Part shown: positions 6,087 through 11,192 of the stretch, piece by piece | Position numbering within the stretch: the stretch's first letter is position 1 | How the letters are laid out: each line of letters starts with the position of its first letter | Assembly: GCA_963825055.1 (NCBI GenBank) | Contig: CAWGSK010000016.1 | Span: 1-11,192, forward strand | Length of the DNA stretch: 11,192 nt | Direction: 5' to 3' | Source: an uncultured Gemmatimonadales bacterium | GTDB taxonomy: Bacteria; Gemmatimonadota; Gemmatimonadetes; Gemmatimonadales; GWC2-71-9 | The notes under the pieces: model-generated | Seen by the model: only the letters and a program-made list of their open reading frames with translations | The model's database searches: none | What the model was told of the DNA's origin: nothing | Program-made: the position numbers and the translations under genes

Positions 6087-9000
6087 CTATTCTGCCGGCT
6101 TGACGACCACTTCATGCGTCGTGCCGTCGTCCACCAGCGGAATTCCATCCTCGCCGGTTTCCGCTCCGTCCAGGAGCACCCGACCTCCGGCGCCTGCGCG
6201 AGCACCCTGGCGCACGCTGATCACGTAGAGACTCCCACCGTGGCGGTAGTGGATCGAATATCCGGGCCACGTTTCGGGTACGCAGGGCTCCAGGAAGAGG
6301 CGATTGCCGCGCTTCCGGAACCCCAGGATCCCTTCGAGCCCCACCCGGTACATCCAGCTGGCTGACCCGGTATACCAGGTCCAGCCGCCGCGGCCGAGGA
6401 GCCCCGGGGCCGCGTAGACGTCGGCGGCCACGACGTAGGGTTCCACCTTGTAGGTCTGCGCAGCCTCGGGGGTGGTGGCATGCGTGAGCGGGTTCAGCAT
6501 CTGGAACAGCTCGAACGCGCGATCGCCCCGGCCCTGCAGCGTCGTGGCGAGCACGGCCCATAACGCAGCGTGCGTGTACTGGGCTCCGTTTTCGCGCACG
6601 CCCGGCAGGTAGCCCCTGATGTAGCCGGGATCATGGGTGGTCTTGTCGAACGGTGGCGTCAGGAGGGGCAGCAGCCGGGCATCCTCACGGACGAGATACC
6701 GCTCCAGGCTGCGCATGGCCTGCTCCTGGCGCGCCGGGCTGCCTGCGCCCGAGATCACGCTCCAGGTCTGGGCGATCGAGTCAATGATGCATTCATCGCT
6801 CGTGCGTGATCCGAGGGGGGTGCCGTCATCAAACCAGGCGCGCCGGTACCACTCGCCGTCCCAGCCGTGGGCCTCGATCGCCGCCAGGTAATCGTCCGCG
6901 CGTCGCCGGAAGAGCGCTGCCGTCGTGGTGTCGTGTCGTTCGTCTGCCTGCTCCGCGAAGGATCGCAGGGTCCCGACGAGGAACCAGCCCAGCCAGACGC
7001 TTTCGCCCCGGCCCTCCACGCCGACGCGGTTCATCCCGTCGTTCCAGTCCCCGGTGCCGATCAGGGGTAGCCCATGAGCGCCATCCGTGCAGGCCCGGCG
7101 CAGCGCCCGGAGACAGTGCTCGTAGACCGAGCCTTCCTGACGGCTTACTTCCGGCAGATCATATACCTCGTGCTCGTCGGGCCGGAGCTCGCGCATGCGC
7201 AGAAAGGGGACGTTCTCGTCGAGCACACCACGATCGCCGGTGATCCGGACATAGTGGTCCACGACGTGGGGCAGCCAGACGAGGTCGTCGGAGAATCTGG
7301 TGCGCACTCCGCGGCCGCTCTGGGGATGCCACCAGTGCTGGACATCGCCTTCGACGAACTGGCGGCCCGCGGCCCGGAGGATGTGCGCACGCGCGAGGCC
7401 GGGCTCGGCGTAGACGAACGCCGCGACATCCTGCAACTGGTCGCGGAAACCGTAGGCCCCGCCGCTCTGGTAGAGGGCGGAACGCCCCCACATGCGACAG
7501 GAGAGGGCCTGGTACAGGAGCCAGCGGTTCGACATGACGTCGAACGCGGGTTCCGGCGTGTGCACGGTAATGATGGAGAGCCGGTCCTCCCATGCCGAGA
7601 CGGCTGCCGTCAGTGCGTCCAGGGCCTGCCCCGCCGTCTGGTAGCGCGCCCGAAGTGCCTGGGCCGCGGTCCCGCTGGGCGCCGCCCCGAGCAGGATGGC
7701 GATGTCCCGGGTTTCCCCGGGCTCGAGCTCGAGCGTGCACCGGAGGGCCGCGCACGGATCGATGCCTGCCCCGCTGGCACCGTCGAGGCTTCCGCTGAAC
7801 AGGGCGGCGGGGGCGGCGGCCGTGCCATTGCGCCCGAGGAAGGCCTGTCGGCTTGCGGTGAACCCCTGCACCGGTTCCGAGATGGCGTGGAACGCCATCC
7901 ACTCGGCGAACTGCGGGTCGAAGGTATTCTGTGCGAAGATGGCCCCGCGGCCGCGGTCAAACTCCGTCCGCACCTGGTGCTGGGAATGTTCCCGCAACAC
8001 GCCCAGGTTCCATTCCACGAAGGTGGTCAGGATGAGGCGACGGGGACGGCTCCCCGTGTTCGTGACGCGGAGGTGGGAGAGCTTGACGGAACCCTCTTCC
8101 GGCATGCCCACGGTGAGCACGGTCTCGATGCCTGCGTGGGTATGCTGGAAGGTGGACCGACCCGGCCCGTGCTGGATGACGAAGGAACCATCCGAGGACA
8201 CAGGTCCCGGGGTCGGACACCAGAGATCATCCGATTCGTCATCCTCCAAGTAGATCACGTCGCTCACCGGGTCACTGACGGGATCGTTGTGCCACGGAGT
8301 GAGCCGGTAGAAAAAGCTGTTCTCCGCCCAGGTGAACCCACCTCCCCGTTCTGTGATGACAAAGCCGCCATTGGGGTTGGCGATCACATTGGCCCAGGGC
8401 GCGGGCGGCAGTGTGCCCTCCTCCACCACCACGCGGTAATCACCGTTGTCGGTGAGTTCGCCGAAGCCGTTCCCCGGCCGCGACGGGACACCCCCGCGCG
8501 GATCGGGAGGTTCGGCCCTCCCGTGTCGCGCCATGGGAGTGGTCAGCAGGGTGCCGAGCGCCCGGATAACGCGCCCGACCCGGGAGGCGCCCCGCTCCCG
8601 CTGGACCGGCGCGGGCCGCCCCTCCTCTCCGCTGGCAGCCAGGTCGTTCTCTTCCGGCGAAGGAGTCGTCTCCATGATCCGGCCAAGCTCGTGCCCATCG
8701 CAGCGGAGATGGAGTCGTGCGGTCGCCTGCACCATGAGCAGGTTCTGCGGCGTGAGCAGGTCGCGATGCCGCAGGAAGACACCGCCGGGTCGGTCGAAGG
8801 CGTCGGGGTCGGCAATGGCATATACCGCCGCGCGGACCCGGTCGACCAGGTCCTGGAGGTAGTCTGGGGGGTGCGCGACGAGGATGATCAGATCCACGGT
8901 CAAGCCGCGTCGCTGCCAGTAGCGGTGGGCCACCAGGAGCTGCCGCAGGGTGGGCAGCCCCTCCGCGTCCTGGATGGTGGCGAGCACGATCGGCCAGTTA

Positions 9001-11192
9001 CCCGACGGGCCGACTTCCCAGAGCATCGCCTGCGACCCCCGGTTGCGTCGCAATTCCCCCTGGGGTGCCCGCAGGCGCGGCTCACCGTAGATCAGTACCC
9101 CCGCGAGTTCCTGGAAGACGGCCACGTCGGCGGGGGTGAGGTCGAGATCACGGAGCTCGACCTGACTCGAGGTCGAGGCAAGGTCGAGCGCGCGCAGCGC
9201 GGCGTGGGGGTCGTGATACCGGTCGGCCAGTTCGAATGCGCGCTCGCGGGTGTCGGCGACGAGCGTGGTGAACGCGACCGAAGTGGACTGGCCTGGCTCC
9301 AGCCGCACCCGGGTGCGCAGCGCGAACACCGGGTCCAGAACCGCCCCGGTGGTTCCGGAGAGTGCGCCGTCCTCCATCATCGCCTGGGGATGGCGCGTCG
9401 AACGCCCGCGACCGACGAACCTGGCGCGGTCGGTTTCGCAGGTAACCTCGCCGACCTTGTCCTTCCCCGTGTCCACGACATGGACGCACCAGAGCGTTGC
9501 CTCGTCCGCCGCCCGGGGACGGCGCGTGGCGGTGATGGCACTGCACCACGAGTGCCACGCTGTCTCCACGAACAGGTTGCTGAACGCCGGATGGGCCCGG
9601 TCCGCCGCCGGAGGAGCCATGACGACCTCGCTGTAACTCGTCAACTCGATCTCGCGCGCTTCATTCCCCCCGTTGGTCAGCGTGACCCGGCGAACCTCGG
9701 CATGGTCCTCGGGAACCACCACGATCTCCGTCCGGGTTTCAACATCGCCGTCCACCCGCTCGAAGACGACCCGGTCCGAGGCCAGGGTGGCGAGGTACCG
9801 GTCCGCCGGCGCGCAGACCGGCTGGTGCCCTGCGGACCAGAGCCGGCCCGTCGAGAGGTCCCGGATGTAGCAGAACTGCCCGGTGGCGTCGCGCGTGGCA
9901 TCCGACCGCCAGCGGGTCACGGCAAGCGCGCCATAGTGGCTGTACCCCGAACCGCAATGGCTGATCATGACGGTGTACGGGAGCTGACCCAGCAGGGCGA
10001 CATGTGGCCGGACCGTGTCCGGCTGGCCGAACTCGCGGACGGTCGGGCGCGCGGGCTCCACGTCCGGGAACGAGTCGTCGGGCCGGCGCTGCGGGGTTTG
10101 GAACACCAGTCGGCGCGGAATCCGTTCCTGCAGCAGCAGCTCCGCCGACCGGACCAGCGGGTCAGCGTGGAAGCGGCGCGGCCAGATTCTGCCCCGCAGG
10201 ATGTTGGCGAGGGCCACCAGGCCCATCCCCTGGTGATGTGCCATGTAGGCCCCGACCAGGGCGTACTCTTCGTCCGGTTCAGGTCGGGTAAAGTCGAGCG
10301 CGTCACGGAAGCCATAGGGGCCCAGGCTCCCGAGTTTTTCCAGGCGCGCGAGGTTCTGGAGGGCGGGCCCGGGCCGGACCAGGGCGGCAAGCAGCGTGGC
10401 ATACGGTGCTACCACCAGATCCCGCTCCAGCCCGCGTTTCAGGGCGAGGTCGGGCACGCCGAAGGCACGATACTGATAGGTCTGGTGGCGGTCTCGCACG
10501 TTGTAGGCGCTTTCGCTGATGCCCCACGGCACGCCCCGCTCTCCCGCATACGCCATCTGCCGGTCAACTGCCCCCCGGTCGCTCTGGGCGAGCAGCGTGA
10601 ACGGGTAGGACCGCATTACCAGCAGCGGCATGAGATACTCGAACATGCTGCCGCTCCACGACACGAGCGCCGGGGATCCGGCCGCGAACGTCAGGGTACG
10701 CCCGAGCCGGAACCAGTGTTCGACCGGGACGTCGTTCTTGGCGATCGCGATGAAGCTGGCGAGGCGGGCCTCGGAGGCCAGCAGGTCATACGACGATGTG
10801 TCCAGCGCATGCGCGCGCTGCTGGAAGCCGGTAGCGAAGAGCCGGCGCTCACGATCGAACAGCACCCGGAAATTCATGCTCATTGCATACCGGTGCGCCT
10901 GATCGGCCAGGGCCAGGAGGCTCGCGGTCACCCGGGCCGCGTCGGGTGAGCGGGCGGCGAGGTCGCGCAGGGTGTCCCCCGGGCCGTCGCCCAGCCGGGT
11001 GACCCACGCGGTCTGCGCCGAGAGCAGGCCCAGGCACCAGGCGAGCCATTCCCCGGCCGTGCCTGGGTGCTTCGAGCCGGCCATCGCCCGCTCCGCCGCG
11101 CGCAGGGCCGTCGCAACCTCGGTCAGGACCGCCCCGGTCGGGGTTTCCCGGCGGAGTGAGCTGATCAACACCTGGGCCCGACGGACGCTGAT
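6087..11192 (-). CDS. ndvB: Cyclic beta-1,2-glucan synthase-like protein (NdvB/ChvB/Cgs family), C-terminal 1701 aa, 5' end outside the window: glycoamylase/GH189-like domain, two GT36-type beta-sandwich modules and a GH94 phosphorylase domain
   Basis: The frame is open to the window edge (ISVRRAQVLISS...). Motifs YDLLASEARLASF, SWSGSMFEYLMP, WGISESAY, YMAHHQGM, HPAFSNLFVET, PAPWANVIAN, RLTPWHNDPVSD, YQSGGAYGFRDQLQD, GDVQHWWHP, GDWNDGMN, RENGAQYTHAA and GGWTWYTGSASW. Confidence 0.92.
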   Translation of the reverse strand: MSVRRAQVLISSLRRETPTGAVLTEVATALRAAERAMAGSKHPGTAGEWLAWCLGLLSAQTAWVTRLGDGPGDTLRDLAARSPDAARVTASLLALADQAHRYAMSMNFRVLFDRERRLFATGFQQRAHALDTSSYDLLASEARLASFIAIAKNDVPVEHWFRLGRTLTFAAGSPALVSWSGSMFEYLMPLLVMRSYPFTLLAQSDRGAVDRQMAYAGERGVPWGISESAYNVRDRHQTYQYRAFGVPDLALKRGLERDLVVAPYATLLAALVRPGPALQNLARLEKLGSLGPYGFRDALDFTRPEPDEEYALVGAYMAHHQGMGLVALANILRGRIWPRRFHADPLVRSAELLLQERIPRRLVFQTPQRRPDDSFPDVEPARPTVREFGQPDTVRPHVALLGQLPYTVMISHCGSGYSHYGALAVTRWRSDATRDATGQFCYIRDLSTGRLWSAGHQPVCAPADRYLATLASDRVVFERVDGDVETRTEIVVVPEDHAEVRRVTLTNGGNEAREIELTSYSEVVMAPPAADRAHPAFSNLFVETAWHSWCSAITATRRPRAADEATLWCVHVVDTGKDKVGEVTCETDRARFVGRGRSTRHPQAMMEDGALSGTTGAVLDPVFALRTRVRLEPGQSTSVAFTTLVADTRERAFELADRYHDPHAALRALDLASTSSQVELRDLDLTPADVAVFQELAGVLIYGEPRLRAPQGELRRNRGSQAMLWEVGPSGNWPIVLATIQDAEGLPTLRQLLVAHRYWQRRGLTVDLIILVAHPPDYLQDLVDRVRAAVYAIADPDAFDRPGGVFLRHRDLLTPQNLLMVQATARLHLRCDGHELGRIMETTPSPEENDLAASGEEGRPAPVQRERGASRVGRVIRALGTLLTTPMARHGRAEPPDPRGGVPSRPGNGFGELTDNGDYRVVVEEGTLPPAPWANVIANPNGGFVITERGGGFTWAENSFFYRLTPWHNDPVSDPVSDVIYLEDDESDDLWCPTPGPVSSDGSFVIQHGPGRSTFQHTHAGIETVLTVGMPEEGSVKLSHLRVTNTGSRPRRLILTTFVEWNLGVLREHSQHQVRTEFDRGRGAIFAQNTFDPQFAEWMAFHAISEPVQGFTASRQAFLGRNGTAAAPAALFSGSLDGASGAGIDPCAALRCTLELEPGETRDIAILLGAAPSGTAAQALRARYQTAGQALDALTAAVSAWEDRLSIITVHTPEPAFDVMSNRWLLYQALSCRMWGRSALYQSGGAYGFRDQLQDVAAFVYAEPGLARAHILRAAGRQFVEGDVQHWWHPQSGRGVRTRFSDDLVWLPHVVDHYVRITGDRGVLDENVPFLRMRELRPDEHEVYDLPEVSRQEGSVYEHCLRALRRACTDGAHGLPLIGTGDWNDGMNRVGVEGRGESVWLGWFLVGTLRSFAEQADERHDTTTAALFRRRADDYLAAIEAHGWDGEWYRRAWFDDGTPLGSRTSDECIIDSIAQTWSVISGAGSPARQEQAMRSLERYLVREDARLLPLLTPPFDKTTHDPGYIRGYLPGVRENGAQYTHAALWAVLATTLQGRGDRAFELFQMLNPLTHATTPEAAQTYKVEPYVVAADVYAAPGLLGRGGWTWYTGSASWMYRVGLEGILGFRKRGNRLFLEPCVPETWPGYSIHYRHGGSLYVISVRQGARAGAGGRVLLDGAETGEDGIPLVDDGTTHEVVVKPAE

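Noticed and set aside
7074..10949. 1291-aa plus-strand ORF
   Set aside because: Lies entirely antisense to the motif-rich ndvB-like gene with no recognisable motifs. Typical high-GC shadow ORF.

Overview
GC-rich bacterial window; gene content and intergenic repeat style suggest Gemmatimonadota or similar, which is inference only. Left to right: (1) two adjacent perfect tandem arrays, (TGGCAAG)x8 and (GTCCGCCC)x7, directly upstream of a YcbB/LdtD-type L,D-transpeptidase that appears to be leaderless; (2) a minus-strand three-gene operon encoding a cytoplasmic SBP56/SELENBP1 (methanethiol oxidase family) protein, a translationally coupled His-rich membrane protein and a 98-aa protein with a MarR-like winged-helix end; (3) a divergent TIGR02999-type (kinase-associated) ECF sigma factor broken by four frameshifts, followed by only the N-terminal stub of its probable Ser/Thr kinase; (4) an unknown secreted protein, probably an outer-membrane beta-barrel; (5) the 3' 5.1 kb of an NdvB/ChvB/Cgs-like cyclic beta-1,2-glucan synthase, open to the window edge. 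The best candidates for new biology are the SBP56 + His-rich membrane protein + wHTH module and the repeat/G-quadruplex-capable promoter of the transpeptidase. All family calls come from motif recognition; no searches were run.
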